Assembly: GCA_027621295.1 (NCBI GenBank)
Contig: JAQCBR010000003.1
Coordinates: 6,704-70,703 of the forward strand
DNA length: 64,000 nt
Direction of reading: 5' to 3'
Source of the DNA: Planctomycetota bacterium
GTDB lineage: Bacteria; Planctomycetota; UBA1135; UBA2386
Shown: piece by piece, positions 37,193 through 48,561 of the stretch
Position numbering within the stretch: the first letter of the stretch is position 1
Layout of the letters: each line of letters begins with the position of its first letter
Position numbers and translations under genes: made by a program
The notes under the pieces: model-generated
Told to the model about the DNA's origin: nothing
The model's input: the letters and a program-made list of their open reading frames with translations, nothing else
The model's database searches: none

Positions 37193-38746
37193 TCACGAGC
37201 TGCAGGACAGCATCGAGCAGCCAGCCTTCACGCGCGCCCAGTCCGGGCGCTTCTGGCAGAAGCGCGCGATCTCCGGCCCGTCGTCGTAGGGCCGCCGCGA
37301 AGCCTCGAGCAGCTCGCCGATCCGCTCGGTGCTGCCGGCTTCCGCCTGCTCGATCGCTTCCTGCACCAGGTAGTTGCGCAGCACGAAGCGCGGGTTGGCC
37401 GCGTTCATCCGGGCTCGGCGCGAGTCGGAGTCCAGGCGACCGAGCGCCGCCGCATAGCGGTCGAGCCACGCGGCGAGACCATCTCGCTCCGCCACGAACG
37501 TCTCGTCCACGTAGTAGCACTCCCGGAGCGCGTCAGGATCGGGAGACGCCGGATCCACCGCGGCCAGCGCGCGGAAGAACAGCGTCATGTCGACCTCTCC
37601 GCGCTGCAGCAGCGTCCAGAGCTCCTGGACGAGCTCCGTGTCGGGCTGCTGACAGTCCTCCATGCCGAGCTTCGCCGCCACGATCCGCGCGTGCGCAGCT
37701 TGGAACGTGTCGACGTAGACCTGGAGCCCGGACTCGAGCGCGTCCGCCGGCAGCAGGTCCTCGAGCGCGAGCGCCAGCGCGCGCAGGTTCCAGTGGGCGA
37801 CCGCAGGCTGCTGGCCGAACCGGTAGCGTCGCGTCTGCGCGTCCGTCGTGTTCGGGGTCCAGTTCGTGTCGAAGTTGTCGATCCAGCCGTAGGGCCCGTA
37901 GTCGATCGTCAGCCCGAGGATCGACAGGTTGTCGGTGTTCATCACGCCGTGGACGAACCCGACGCGCATCCAGTGGGCCATCAGCACAGCCGTGCGCCGG
38001 CAGACTTCGGCGAACCAGTCGGACCGACGCTGGTCCCGGTCCCCTTCGAGATCCGGAAAGAGCTGGTCGGTCGTGAAGTCGACGAGACGCTCGAGCAGCG
38101 GGCGGTCACCGCGCGAAGCCGGCAGCTCGTAGGTCCCGAAACGCAGGAAGCTCGGCGCCACGCGGCAGACGACGGCGCCGGGCTCAGCCCTCGCGTTGCC
38201 GTCGTAGAACATGTCGCGCACCACGTCGTCCCCGGTCGCGACGAGGCTGAGCGCCCGCGTCGTCGGCACGCCGAGGTGGTGCATCGCCTCGCTGCACAGG
38301 AACTCGCGGATCGACGAGCGGAGCACCGCGCGGCCGTCGGCCCGCCGCGAGTAGGGCGTGGGGCCGGCTCCCTTGAGCTGGAGCTCCTGGTGGCTGCCGT
38401 CGGTCGCGAGGGCCTCCCCGAGCGAGATCGCGCGGCCGTCGCCGAGCTGCCCTGCCCAGTGGCCGAACTGGTGGCCGCCGTAGCACGCGGCCACGGGCTC
38501 CATGCCCGGCCACACGCGGTTGCCTCCGAACACCTCGGCGAAGTCCGCGGACGCGACCTCTGCTTCGGTCAGACCGAGGAGCTCTCCCGCGACCTCAGGA
38601 CTGTGGGCGAGGAGCCGCGGCGCTGCGACCGGCGTCGGATCGACGAAGGAGTAGGCCGCACCCTCGACCTGCCGCGGCCGGTTCTCGCGACTCGCGTCAG
38701 CGGGGAGCTCCCGGACGAAGCGGTTGTCGAACGTCAGGCCCTGCAT
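37193..38746 (-). CDS. selO: Protein adenylyltransferase SelO (YdiU)
   Basis: [60 protein letters not shown] and terminal LSCSS. Confidence 0.96.
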   Translation of the reverse strand: MQGLTFDNRFVRELPADASRENRPRQVEGAAYSFVDPTPVAAPRLLAHSPEVAGELLGLTEAEVASADFAEVFGGNRVWPGMEPVAACYGGHQFGHWAGQLGDGRAISLGEALATDGSHQELQLKGAGPTPYSRRADGRAVLRSSIREFLCSEAMHHLGVPTTRALSLVATGDDVVRDMFYDGNARAEPGAVVCRVAPSFLRFGTYELPASRGDRPLLERLVDFTTDQLFPDLEGDRDQRRSDWFAEVCRRTAVLMAHWMRVGFVHGVMNTDNLSILGLTIDYGPYGWIDNFDTNWTPNTTDAQTRRYRFGQQPAVAHWNLRALALALEDLLPADALESGLQVYVDTFQAAHARIVAAKLGMEDCQQPDTELVQELWTLLQRGEVDMTLFFRALAAVDPASPDPDALRECYYVDETFVAERDGLAAWLDRYAAALGRLDSDSRRARMNAANPRFVLRNYLVQEAIEQAEAGSTERIGELLEASRRPYDDGPEIARFCQKRPDWARVKAGCSMLSCSS

Positions 38747-38795
38747 GGGTCGCTCCCTGGGACGGGTGAGTCCTCGACGCAACCGCTGCGCCCGC

Positions 38796-41561
38796 TCACT
38801 CGCCCCGGATTCCCGACACGGTCCGCGATCCGGCTCCCTGGATCGCGTTGAAGAACAGCTTGAAGGTTCCGACCGGCTGACCGCGGTAGACGACGTCGGC
38901 TCCGAACAGCACGAACTGCCCTTCACCCCGCGGGACGCGGGCAGCCGCAATCTTGCCGTGCAGGTGCTCGGTCCCGATCGCCCAGCCGCTGGCGAGGACC
39001 GGCTCGGCGGTCGGCCAGGTGGCAGCCGCGACCACCCCTTCCCCCGTCGCCGCGAACACCGGACTCCGCCGAAACATCCCGACCTGGTCCCTCGCGACGC
39101 CGTAGCCGAGGTAGTCGTCGTCCGTGACCTCCATGCGGAGCAGGGAGCCCGGCACGAAGAACTCGCTGCTGTCCGTCGCGCGGCGCGCGCCGTCCGCCTC
39201 GATGTAGGTGCCCTCCTCGAGCGGCAGGTCGAAGTGCGCGATCGCCGCGGTCGCCTCTCCCTGGAGCGCCACCAGCGTGCCGCCTCCGTCGACGAACGCG
39301 CGGAGCGCCGCGAGGCCGCGTTCCCGGCTGATCGGCGTCCGCCGCGCCGCCAGGTTCGACCAGTCCTCGAACGGCGGCAGCGCCTCCTGCAGCTTGCGGT
39401 CGGTCTCGGCGGTGGGCGTCCGGGTCCTGGTCCGCCCTCCGGACCGCGCACGGGCCGAAGGCAGGCCGGTGTGGAAGACCAGCACGTCGAAGTCGGCGTT
39501 CAGATTCCCCGCCTCGATCCGATCGCCGTAGACCAGCTCGACCGGGAACTCGTAGTCCCGCAGCACCCACTCGGTCCAACCGGTCGGCATGTTGCCGCCG
39601 AACGTGTCGAAGAGACCGACGCGCACCTTCGAGAGCCTCCGCATCGGACCCGCAGGATCGACGTCGACCGCGGCGATGCGCACGCCGAGCTCGTCCGCCC
39701 CCTCGGCCAGAATGCGCGTCGCACCCGGCGTCGCGCGGACGTGCACAGCACCGCGCGGCCACGTCTCGCCGGTGACCTGGACCGGGGCTTCGGCCCAGTG
39801 CACGCGTTCGCCGGCTGCCAGCAGTCGGTTGACGAGGACGAACTGGTTGCTGCAGCGGTGATCCAGCCAGTAGCCGGAAGCCCGCGCCGGCATCACACGC
39901 GGACCGAATGCGACCTCGACTTCCGGGACCGGCGCGGTCGGCAGGTCGATCGGCCCCAGGACCCGCGCGACCTCGACGCCCATCTGCATCGCCAGCGTCC
40001 ACCCCGCAGCGTCGTAGGGCCGGATCGGATCGCCCGACGCCCCGACGTCGTCCGGGTGCCACTGCGGCTCCATCATGTCGCGCAGGTGGGCACGGAACGG
40101 CTGGGCGGCGCGGAGCACGAAGCTGCCGACCGGCGCGCGCGTCCCGTCGGGAAGATCCACGACCTCGGTCAGCCGCTCGGCCTCGACGCCCGCCCGGCGG
40201 AGCGCGCGGACCAGACGCGTCGCCGCCGCGAAGTCCGGCTGGTCGGACGGCAGCACGTAGGAGCGAGGGTCGCGCAGCGCCGGGTCCTCGAACGCATCGA
40301 CGACTCCAGCCGCCCCGAGCCCGCCCTCGCCCGCATCACCGGCCGCGCGCTTCTCGGCGTCGCGCTCACGCTGCAGCGCCACGAGCCTCGGGGTCGGCGT
40401 CCAGCGGTCCTCCGAACCCCACGCGATCGCACGACGCGCCATCCGCCACGCGTTCAGCAGGAAGTCCTCCCGGTAGCGGGACGCGAGGTCGAGGATCGCG
40501 AAGTTCGCGGTCTGCAGGTACTCGATCGTCTGCCGCGCGTGCCAGTCCTGGGTCGCGATCGGGTCCGGATAGTCGGAGTAGGGCACCCGGCGCGACAGGC
40601 TCTGCTCGACGCGCGACGGAGTCGGGCTCCCGAACGCCTCGGTCAGGATCCCGACCATGTTGTGGAAGTAGACCGTCGTGCGCAGCCCGCCGTTCCACCA
40701 CGTCGAGTAGGACGCGCCGCTCCGCGAGATCACGCCCGGTTTGCCCTCGGCGGAGAACCGGTGGTTCATGTGCGCCGACACGAGGTCGATGCCGCGGATC
40801 ACCAGCGGGTCGACGTTGTGGTTGAACGGGTCGCGGAACGGCGGCGTGAACAGGATCGTCCCGCGCGGCGCGGTCTGGTGGTGGTTGTAGACCACCTGCG
40901 GATACCAGCGCCGGTACAGCGCGCCCATGATGTTCCGCGTCTCCGCCAGGTTGCCGGCGTAGTAGTCCCGGTTGTTGTCGTGCCCCGCGAAGCGCTGGTA
41001 GAGCACCGGGATGCCACCGACGCGGCCGGTCGCCATGTAGGCGTTGGCGACCATCTCCATGCCGTCCGGGTTGGCCGGGCAGACCAGCAGCACGACCTCG
41101 TCGAGGATGCGCCGCACCTCGGCGTCGTCGCGCGACACCATCTGCCAGACGAGCTCCAGGATGTTCTGCGCGGCCACCGACTCGGTCGCGTGCATCCCGG
41201 CGTCGATCCAGATCACCGTGCGGCCGCGGACGGCGAGCTCGCGCGCAGCCGCCTCGCCTTCGACCTGCCCCAGCGCGAGGCGCTCGTTGATCTCGCGGAG
41301 CTCGTCGATGCGGGCCAGGTTCTCCGGTGCGCTCACGATCGCGAGCTGCATGTCGAGCCCGTAGGCGGTCTCGCCGAGCGACTCGAGCCGCATGCGATCC
41401 GACTGGGCCGCGAGCTGCCCCCACCACGCCTTCAGCTGCGTGTAGTTGGCGAGGAAGTGGTCCGCGCCGACCTCGTGACCGAGCGCCTCGCGCGGGGTCG
41501 GGAGCTGGGCGGGCAGGACCGCCGCGGCGGCCAGGACACAGAGAGACAGGGCGCGACGCAT
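38796..41561 (-). CDS. Secreted M14 family zinc carboxypeptidase with C-terminal class I GATase-like domain
   Basis: Signal peptide ...VLPA|Q. HATE zinc motif, NPDG, HDNNRD, HHQ, PYD..GWTL and FV..GGTLVAL. Confidence 0.9.
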   Translation of the reverse strand: MRRALSLCVLAAAAVLPAQLPTPREALGHEVGADHFLANYTQLKAWWGQLAAQSDRMRLESLGETAYGLDMQLAIVSAPENLARIDELREINERLALGQVEGEAAARELAVRGRTVIWIDAGMHATESVAAQNILELVWQMVSRDDAEVRRILDEVVLLVCPANPDGMEMVANAYMATGRVGGIPVLYQRFAGHDNNRDYYAGNLAETRNIMGALYRRWYPQVVYNHHQTAPRGTILFTPPFRDPFNHNVDPLVIRGIDLVSAHMNHRFSAEGKPGVISRSGASYSTWWNGGLRTTVYFHNMVGILTEAFGSPTPSRVEQSLSRRVPYSDYPDPIATQDWHARQTIEYLQTANFAILDLASRYREDFLLNAWRMARRAIAWGSEDRWTPTPRLVALQRERDAEKRAAGDAGEGGLGAAGVVDAFEDPALRDPRSYVLPSDQPDFAAATRLVRALRRAGVEAERLTEVVDLPDGTRAPVGSFVLRAAQPFRAHLRDMMEPQWHPDDVGASGDPIRPYDAAGWTLAMQMGVEVARVLGPIDLPTAPVPEVEVAFGPRVMPARASGYWLDHRCSNQFVLVNRLLAAGERVHWAEAPVQVTGETWPRGAVHVRATPGATRILAEGADELGVRIAAVDVDPAGPMRRLSKVRVGLFDTFGGNMPTGWTEWVLRDYEFPVELVYGDRIEAGNLNADFDVLVFHTGLPSARARSGGRTRTRTPTAETDRKLQEALPPFEDWSNLAARRTPISRERGLAALRAFVDGGGTLVALQGEATAAIAHFDLPLEEGTYIEADGARRATDSSEFFVPGSLLRMEVTDDDYLGYGVARDQVGMFRRSPVFAATGEGVVAAATWPTAEPVLASGWAIGTEHLHGKIAAARVPRGEGQFVLFGADVVYRGQPVGTFKLFFNAIQGAGSRTVSGIRGE

Positions 41562-41612
41562 CGCCCGGGAGGATAAGCCGGGCTGCCCCTCCAGCGCCCC
41601 AGAAGCCCTTGG

Positions 41613-42227
41613 CTACCCGCCGCCCTTCTTCCCGCTGCCCGCCTCGACCTCCGCCGGCGGCACGATCGGAGCGCGGCGCTCCCCGGTCTCGCCAGCGGCC
41701 GCACGTGCTTCCATCTCCCGGTCGATCTCCGGCTTGCGCCAGATCTTGCCGTCCTTGTCGATGCCCATCCCGAGCGTGAACAGCTCGCCGTCGTGCAGGA
41801 GCACGTTGGACGCGCCGTCGACCCCGACCGAGAGGTGGATGCGCGGAAGCTGCTGCTCGTCGTGGAGCAACACGTGCGGGAACTGGTCCACCGCGAGGCC
41901 AAGCCGATTCTTCAGCTTCTGGTCCTTGAAGAGCAGGTAGGCGGTCTGCGGGTCCGCGGCCAGGATCATGCGATCCCCGCCGTCCGGGTCTCGCATCACG
42001 AGTTGGGGGTGCCCCTCACCCACCAGCTCGAACACGCCCCGCTCGACGCCCTTCGCGTCGGTCAGCACGAAGCGCTCGGCGCGCACCTCGGCGAAGTGCT
42101 CGAACACACGTGCCGCACCGAGGAGCGGCACCGACAGCAAGAGTGCGGTCAGCCAGCCCGTCCGGCGACGGAGTCTGCGGTTCTCGGCCTCGAGGTTCGC
42201 GAGACGGCGTTCGAACGAATAGGTCAT
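41613..42227 (-). CDS. Hypothetical membrane-anchored protein with repeated beta-hairpins
   Basis: ERRL..LE.ENRRLRR followed by a TM segment, then VRAERFVLTD..G..R and repeated L...D....R..L units. Confidence 0.65.
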   Translation of the reverse strand: MTYSFERRLANLEAENRRLRRRTGWLTALLLSVPLLGAARVFEHFAEVRAERFVLTDAKGVERGVFELVGEGHPQLVMRDPDGGDRMILAADPQTAYLLFKDQKLKNRLGLAVDQFPHVLLHDEQQLPRIHLSVGVDGASNVLLHDGELFTLGMGIDKDGKIWRKPEIDREMEARAAAGETGERRAPIVPPAEVEAGSGKKGGG

Positions 42228-42271
42228 GGCTCTCGGAGTCAGCAATGGAGGTGGGAACCCAGACATGAGAG

Positions 42272-42303
42272 CGGGTGCGCAGCTCTGTGGAGCCGCGCAC
42301 CCG
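42272..42303 (-). terminator. Stem-loop downstream of the 42330-44891 gene (possible terminator)
   Basis: Minus strand CGGGTGCGCGGCTC-CACA-GAGCTGCGCACCCG, a 14-bp stem with one G-U pair and only a weak pyrimidine tail. Confidence 0.5.
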
Positions 42304-42329
42304 TGTCGGGCATCAGGCGAGGACGGGCC

Positions 42330-44891
42330 TCACCGGTTGCCGCCGACGCGCGTCTCCCGCGCGTTCGACAGAGTCAGCGCCGCAGGACGCCCGTTGCCGG
42401 GGTCGACCACGAGGTAGCTCGTGTAGTGCGGGACGCCGATCGTCGCCACGTCGACCGGCCACGTGTAGGTCACGGTTGCCGTTCCCAGCGCGCTGGTCGC
42501 GACGCCGACGGACGTCACGAGGTTGTGGTAGAGGAAGCAACCCGGGTTGTTGATGATCGACAGGTCGAGCGGCAGCGGCAGCCCGCCCAGCGTCGAGTTC
42601 GACAGCCCGAAGTTGTAGGCCGCAGGCGTAGAGGACCGCGCGAGGGAGAGCTGGTAGCGCACCGGCGAGCCCTGCTGCGGGCCGTTGCCGGCCAGCCAGG
42701 ACACGCTGTGGACCGGCACGAGGCCATTGGAACCGGTGCAGCCAGCACCGATCGAGGTCGTCGTCCCCGCCACGTTGTCGTAGTAGGTCGCGACCGCGGT
42801 CTTGGTCCCGTCCATCGTCAGGCTCAGCGTCCGGCCGAACGGGAGCTGGAGGACCCCGTTGACCCGCCAGTAGCGGAAGTCGTTGAAGCCGACGCTCGCG
42901 GGCGCCGTCAGGGTGACGACCTCGCCGTCCAGGTAGGTCCGCGAGAACGTCGTCGACCCGTTGCCGAGGCCGTTGATGTCCCCCGGCGTCGCGGTGATCG
43001 AGACACCCGTGGACGGGTTCGTCGACTGGACCGTCAGCGAACGACGCGCGCGGTAGTCGGCGATCGCAGTGTCGTCGAGAGACCCGATGGTGCTGACCGA
43101 CAGGATGCGGTCTCCGAGCGTGCCGTTGACGAAGCCGCCGGTCGGCGAGACGCGGTAGCGCCACCGCTCGAACTCGTAGGTGACGAGCCCCACCGTGTGC
43201 GTTGCAGGTGCGGTCAGCGTGTACGGCTGACTCGGCGTGAAACGACGCGTCAGGTTGGTCGATCCGTCCTTCCGGCCGTCCATGTCGGTCTGCTCGATCG
43301 TGATCGACACGCCGGTGACCGGACTGCTCTCGACGGCTAGCGTGACCCAACCCGGCTCGTAGTCATCCCGACCGAACCAGAACGCCCGCGGCGTGTTGCT
43401 CGCGCCCGTGGTGCCGTTGCGCTGGCTCATGCCGGTCGCAACGAAGGTGTCGGTGTAGCGGGAGTGCTGCTGGACCGTGAAGTAGTCCCCCCAGCGCGCC
43501 TGATTGGGGCTGGTCGTCCCGGCAGCCCCGGTGAAGTAGGTCCCCGGCCAGCCGTTGTAGTTGTCGACGAGACCAGCAGCCGTCTGCAGCTGGATCGTCG
43601 GCGACGAGAACGCCGCAACGATCCCGACGTGGCCCTGCGCGTTGGTCGCCGCGGCCCCGTAGGCCCAGGCGCCGGTGCTGCTCCAGATGTCGTGCTCGCT
43701 CGACACGGTCCGCGCCGGATGCGGCGCGACGCGAATCACGCGGATGTGCGGGTTGGCACGCGTGCCGACCGGGCCCGATGTGAACATCAGCCCGAATTCC
43801 GCCGAGCTGCCGAAGGCACCGCGGAAGCGCGTGTTCGCGCGCGCCGCCCAGTTCACGCTGTCCGGACTGGGGGTCGAGCTGATCCCACCCGACGTGATCG
43901 AGCCGATCGTCCGGACGTCCCGCGAGTAGGTCCCCGCGTCGGAGTAGAAGCCGACCTGGATGCTGGAAGAACTCTCGAGACAGCCCCAGTGGATGCCGTC
44001 GCCTGCACCCGCCTTGGCCATCCGCGGCGCGAAGTTCAGCCCGTGCGAGATGCTGTTGATGAAGCCGAGCGGGATCGAACCGTTGGCCTGCAGTGCCGCC
44101 AGATCGGTGCGAATGAGCGCCGTGCCGACGAAGTTCGAGCTCGCGTCGTAGACGTTCGCCGACAGGTAGAAACCGTCGTTCGAGTAGGCGATGTCCGGGA
44201 AGTCGAACCAGACGTTCGTGCCGAAGCCGAACCGGTTCTGCGGCGTGATGTAGTAGCTCGTCCAGTCCGCGGAGTTCCCGCTGCCGAGTTCGGCATCCCC
44301 GTTCGCCACCGCGATGCGGTAGCCGGCGGTGCCGGTCGTGCCGCTATAGCTGTACTGGAGCACCCAGACGGTGATGTCATGCGAGGGGATGTAGACGATC
44401 CGCTGGTCGCAGCAGAACCCACCGTCGCGCGACGGGAAGAACGTGTAGGGGCTGATGTGCTCCCACGACGCGCCGTTGTCGCGGGAGACCGCCGCATACC
44501 AGTTCCCCGTCTGGAACATCACGTGGTCGGTCTGCGCGATCGACGGCTCGCCGGTCGTCGAGCGCGACGCGCCGGCGGGAGTGACCTCCTCGTTCTGGAA
44601 GAAGCGGAACTGGCCGGTGTCGATGACCGCAGGATCAAAGACCTCGGCTTCCGGTGTGTTGGGGCCGGCCCGGAACGGCCCGACCGGTACCGGAGGGCTG
44701 TTGTGCCCCGAGAGAGCACCCATCATGACCTTCGGCGGCATCGGGGCGTCGGGCGCGTAGCCGTGGTAGACCGGCTCGGGGTCGATGAAACCCTCGAACT
44801 GCGCAGCGCCCTGCTGTTGGGCGGCCAGCGGCAGCAACGACAGGGAGAATAGAGAGAGAGCCGTGGAGCGGCTGAGAAGCGACAGAGTCAT
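42330..44891 (-). CDS. Large secreted protein: beta-rich N-domain, two InlB-B/Flg_new-like repeats, two-Cys C-terminal domain
   Basis: Signal peptide ...PLAA|Q, GGFCCDQ, RWGDYF, two ~90-aa repeats (GVSIT...D.[DN]G..[DN]GST...TLTAPA...F..W) and a GAGC...GC C-domain. Confidence 0.8.
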   Translation of the reverse strand: MTLSLLSRSTALSLFSLSLLPLAAQQQGAAQFEGFIDPEPVYHGYAPDAPMPPKVMMGALSGHNSPPVPVGPFRAGPNTPEAEVFDPAVIDTGQFRFFQNEEVTPAGASRSTTGEPSIAQTDHVMFQTGNWYAAVSRDNGASWEHISPYTFFPSRDGGFCCDQRIVYIPSHDITVWVLQYSYSGTTGTAGYRIAVANGDAELGSGNSADWTSYYITPQNRFGFGTNVWFDFPDIAYSNDGFYLSANVYDASSNFVGTALIRTDLAALQANGSIPLGFINSISHGLNFAPRMAKAGAGDGIHWGCLESSSSIQVGFYSDAGTYSRDVRTIGSITSGGISSTPSPDSVNWAARANTRFRGAFGSSAEFGLMFTSGPVGTRANPHIRVIRVAPHPARTVSSEHDIWSSTGAWAYGAAATNAQGHVGIVAAFSSPTIQLQTAAGLVDNYNGWPGTYFTGAAGTTSPNQARWGDYFTVQQHSRYTDTFVATGMSQRNGTTGASNTPRAFWFGRDDYEPGWVTLAVESSPVTGVSITIEQTDMDGRKDGSTNLTRRFTPSQPYTLTAPATHTVGLVTYEFERWRYRVSPTGGFVNGTLGDRILSVSTIGSLDDTAIADYRARRSLTVQSTNPSTGVSITATPGDINGLGNGSTTFSRTYLDGEVVTLTAPASVGFNDFRYWRVNGVLQLPFGRTLSLTMDGTKTAVATYYDNVAGTTTSIGAGCTGSNGLVPVHSVSWLAGNGPQQGSPVRYQLSLARSSTPAAYNFGLSNSTLGGLPLPLDLSIINNPGCFLYHNLVTSVGVATSALGTATVTYTWPVDVATIGVPHYTSYLVVDPGNGRPAALTLSNARETRVGGNR

Positions 44892-45058
44892 CGAATCTCC
44901 TGATCTGGTGAAAGAGCGAGCAGTCCGAGGCTATGGACGCCCATGCTTCTTCCCAGCCGGAGTCCGTCGTCGCGGGAAGAATGCCACCGACAACTTCGCC
45001 CGGCTTCCGGGGCCCGCGGCGCACGACGCGAGCCGCGCGGCGCCGCTGCGTTCGGCTC

Positions 45059-47110
45059 CTAGCCGAACGGGTGAGCGAAGTCCTCGGGCGGCAAGTCTCT
45101 GACGAGACTCGAGTTGCCATCCTCCAGGTCAGCCCCGATCCGCTCGAGCTGGACCCGCATGGCGTCGATCTCACGCAGCCCGGACAGAATGCGGATCGCG
45201 CGGAACTCGTCCTTCAGCTGCGCACAGCGCAGCGCGGCTACGGCCTGCTGCGACGCGTCCTGGGCCGCCGCGTGGTGACAGAGCACGAGCATCGATACCA
45301 GGTGTTCGATGCCCTTGCCGAAGCGCTGCAGCGGGATCTGCGCGCGCGTCAGGTCGAGCTGGAACCAGAGGTTCGTGCCGAGGTACGCCCAGCGTCGACC
45401 GCGGAGCTTGCGCTCGGCGTAGCGCGCGAAAGGCCGTAGCGCCTTCGGCAGCCCCGCGTAGCGCCCGATCCACGAGGTCGGGACGAGGCGACCGGGGAGG
45501 CGCAGCACCTCGGTGACGAGGCCTCCGGCGATCCAGCCGACGAGGCGCCAGAAGCCAGCGTTGGTCAGCAGGCGGATCGTCGCGAGGGCCACGCGGACCG
45601 GATGGCGGACTGCCGTGCTGGGCGCGATGCGGAACAGGATCTGATCCTTGGGCAGCGACTTGCCGTCCGGCCCGACGTTGATCGAACGGATCACGCCGAG
45701 CATTCCGGCCATGTAGCGGTCGGTGAAGCGCGTCGTGACGTCCTTCACCATCCCCATCAGGATCAGGTCGTCCTCACCCTCGACGACGCCGAACACGTGC
45801 ATGTTCGAACGGGACTGCGCGACGCGGGACTTCGCGTCGAAGGTCCGACCGCCGAGCACGCGCTCACACGCCGTCAGCGATCGGAGCGCCGTGGTCGCGG
45901 CGGCCGACTTGGTCAGGTCGCGGAGACCGGCGAGGTCGACGCCGTCCGCATCCTGCTGCAGCGAGAGGTGCGACAGCGCGCGCGCCTGGAGCGCGCCACC
46001 GAGCATCGTGCCGAGCGCGAGCCTCGGCAGTTCGTGCTTGATGACGAGTCCGCCGACGCCTGGACGCTGGCGTGCGTAGTGCACGGCGTCCGCCGCGAAC
46101 ATCCGCTGGTAGCCCGCCGACATCGCCGCGAGCATGCAGCGCCCCATCCGCAGGCAGTAGAACAGCACCTCGACGCCGTCCGCCTCGATGCGGTTGGCGG
46201 CCGGCACCGGGAAGTTGTCGAAGTGGATCCGGCTGTTGTGGTTCGGCTGGAACGCGTCGACATCCGACGAGCGGAGCCAGAACTCGTGGTCGCACGCATC
46301 GCTCCGCACGATGTCGGCATCTGGCAGCTCGATGACGAACAGCCCGACGTCGCGACCACCCTTGCCGATGCGGACGACGAAGCCCGCCAGGGCGCCGTAG
46401 GTCGCGTTCGTGATCCACAGCTTGTTGCGCGCGCCGTCCGCGAACAGGCGGAAGCCGCCGGTCTCCGGGTCGGGCTCGACGTAGGCCTGGACCTTCTTCG
46501 CGTTGACGCCGATGCCGACCTCGCTGAGTGCGAACGCCATCAGGCGGCCGTCCGAGATCATCGGCAGGAACAGGCTCTGCTGGGCCTGGTTGCCGTAGCC
46601 GAGCAGCGAGCCAGCGCCGATCGTCAGTTCGCCCGAGATCTCGACCGCGAGCGGCCCGAGTCCGTTCGCGGCGAGCTGCTCTTCGATGACCGCGAGTTCC
46701 GGGTAGGACGCCGCGCGCCCGCCGAACTCGGTCGGCACCGTGAACCCGTAGCCGCCCGCCGACGAGACCGCCGTGCGGAGCGCGGTGGACAGCTTGCCGT
46801 CCGCCTCGAACGCCTCACCCTTCGCCAGGCAGCCGAGCGCCGCGTCGAGGACGTCCTTGCCGGTCTCGCCCGCCTGGGCGGAGATCCGTGCCCCGGAGCC
46901 AAGTTCTTCGACCGGCGGGAGCGGCCCGTAGATCAGTCGCTCGACGAGGCTCTGCTTCGCGCGGCCGAGGCGCTGCGCGGCGCGGGTCGCGACGTCGTCC
47001 AGGGCAGCCACGTCGCGGGCCTGCTCGGCGTCACCCGCCGCAGCCAGCGCCTGGGCAGCGGTCGAGAGGGCGGGCTCGGTCTCCGGGGACTTCGTGTCTC
47101 GGCTGGTCAT
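45059..47110 (-). CDS. Acyl-CoA dehydrogenase family protein (long form)
   Basis: YGFTVPTEFGG, MAFALSE, KLWITNA, LGGR.F and VVEGEDD. Confidence 0.85.
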   Translation of the reverse strand: MTSRDTKSPETEPALSTAAQALAAAGDAEQARDVAALDDVATRAAQRLGRAKQSLVERLIYGPLPPVEELGSGARISAQAGETGKDVLDAALGCLAKGEAFEADGKLSTALRTAVSSAGGYGFTVPTEFGGRAASYPELAVIEEQLAANGLGPLAVEISGELTIGAGSLLGYGNQAQQSLFLPMISDGRLMAFALSEVGIGVNAKKVQAYVEPDPETGGFRLFADGARNKLWITNATYGALAGFVVRIGKGGRDVGLFVIELPDADIVRSDACDHEFWLRSSDVDAFQPNHNSRIHFDNFPVPAANRIEADGVEVLFYCLRMGRCMLAAMSAGYQRMFAADAVHYARQRPGVGGLVIKHELPRLALGTMLGGALQARALSHLSLQQDADGVDLAGLRDLTKSAAATTALRSLTACERVLGGRTFDAKSRVAQSRSNMHVFGVVEGEDDLILMGMVKDVTTRFTDRYMAGMLGVIRSINVGPDGKSLPKDQILFRIAPSTAVRHPVRVALATIRLLTNAGFWRLVGWIAGGLVTEVLRLPGRLVPTSWIGRYAGLPKALRPFARYAERKLRGRRWAYLGTNLWFQLDLTRAQIPLQRFGKGIEHLVSMLVLCHHAAAQDASQQAVAALRCAQLKDEFRAIRILSGLREIDAMRVQLERIGADLEDGNSSLVRDLPPEDFAHPFG

Positions 47111-47234
47111 GAGGTCGGTCAGGGGGACGCGGGGTCCGGAGATCGCCGGACACCCTGGTCAGGGCGGGCTTTCGAAGGCCGACCGCCCGGAGACGCACCT
47201 CGAACTGGCGCGGGGCGGGAACGCCTCGGTCCGG

Positions 47235-47465
47235 TCAATCGAGCGCCTCGGCGTCCGCGGTGTCCTCCGGATCCTCGTCCCCGCCCCGGAGCCGCGCGAC
47301 CTTGGCGCGGACCTTCTTGTTCTGCTTCCGGAGACGGTCGTTGCTCTGCTGGAGGCGCTGCAGCTCATCGCAGAGAGCGCGCACCTCGCCGCGACCGAGG
47401 GTGAGCTCGGCCTCTTCGCCGGGGTTCGTCTGGAGCCAGGAACGGAGCTTCGTCGCGTCGATCAT
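47235..47465 (-). CDS. Small coiled-coil hypothetical protein
   Basis: 76 aa with a heptad pattern (LCDELQRLQQSNDRLRKQNKKVR), typical codon usage, and TAGCAT upstream. Confidence 0.6.
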   Translation of the reverse strand: MIDATKLRSWLQTNPGEEAELTLGRGEVRALCDELQRLQQSNDRLRKQNKKVRAKVARLRGGDEDPEDTADAEALD

Positions 47466-47479
47466 CAGGGGCGAAGATG

Positions 47480-48496
47480 CTACCGCCCGCCGGTGTCCGA
47501 ACCTTCGGCGGAACCAGGCACTTGCCAGGTGAAGTCCCAGGAACGGAGCTCCTCGACCCCCTGCGGGTCGCCGCCTTCCGGCGACGGGCGCTCCATGCGG
47601 AATCTCGCCTCGACGTGGAGCGGGAGCAGGCGCGCGGGATCGAGGATCGCGATCCGCTCGACCTCACCACGGACACCCATCAGCGTCGCGCGGACGTTCT
47701 CAGGGACGTCGGCCGGCAGCTCCTCGGCCACCGGCTCGACCATCCCCCGGATCTCCAGCCGGACGTGGTCGGCGGGATCGGCGATGTAGCCACGCATCTT
47801 CACCGGCAGCTCGAGCTCCGAGCCGAGCGGCGCCCAGGGCAACGTCGTGAACACGGGTCGGGTCACGGTCTCGCCGGGAGCGGCGCGCAGCCCCGCCCAG
47901 ATGCCGACCCACACCGCGTAGCGATCGCCGGCGGCCCGGATCAGACCCTCGCGCTGCTCGGGCGAGCGCATCATCGCCGCGCGCGCCCGGAGCGCCGACT
48001 CGATGTCCGCTCGCTCCGCGAGGTCTTCACCGGCCGATTCGATCTGCGCCTCGACCGCCAGGGCCGACCGCTCGATCCAGGCGTCGGCGTCCTCGACTCC
48101 GACGAAGCTCCCGTCTGCGCCCACGAGGATCGCCGGCATCGCGGACTCGAGGGAGCCGAGCATGCCCGCGAAGCGCTGGCCGACGGCCTCCCGGTCGGCG
48201 CGCTCGCCACCGACCTCGACGAGGTCGAGATCACTGGTGCGGATCACGAGCCCGCCTTCCGCCACACCTTCGACCGTCAGCAGGTAGCGCACGGAGAATC
48301 CGAGGCCGGCACCCCGGATCCGCTCGACGACCTCGGCCCGCGCGCCGGCCGGCCAAGCGAATCCAAGCTCGATCGGCCCCGCCGGCTGCTCGGCCTCGGG
48401 TCGCACCGTCGCGTCGACCACGCGGCCCGCGTCGGCACCCCCACAGCTGTAGAGAAGGGTGACGATCGCGAGAGCAGCGGCGTGTCTAGGGAGCAT
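47480..48496 (-). CDS. Hypothetical lipoprotein
   Basis: Lipobox LLYSC followed by GG. IELGFAWP motif. Confidence 0.65.
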   Translation of the reverse strand: MLPRHAAALAIVTLLYSCGGADAGRVVDATVRPEAEQPAGPIELGFAWPAGARAEVVERIRGAGLGFSVRYLLTVEGVAEGGLVIRTSDLDLVEVGGERADREAVGQRFAGMLGSLESAMPAILVGADGSFVGVEDADAWIERSALAVEAQIESAGEDLAERADIESALRARAAMMRSPEQREGLIRAAGDRYAVWVGIWAGLRAAPGETVTRPVFTTLPWAPLGSELELPVKMRGYIADPADHVRLEIRGMVEPVAEELPADVPENVRATLMGVRGEVERIAILDPARLLPLHVEARFRMERPSPEGGDPQGVEELRSWDFTWQVPGSAEGSDTGGR

Positions 48497-48561
48497 CCCC
48501 GCCGATCATGCCCGCGCCGGACCGGGTGGTCCAACGCGGACGCGACGTCGGCGAACCTGCT

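Noticed and set aside
37190-37210. SelO ending in CSS-TGA as a possible selenocysteine read-through
   Set aside because: SCSS-stop is the normal Cys-type bacterial SelO terminus, and the convergent gene ends 4 nt away.
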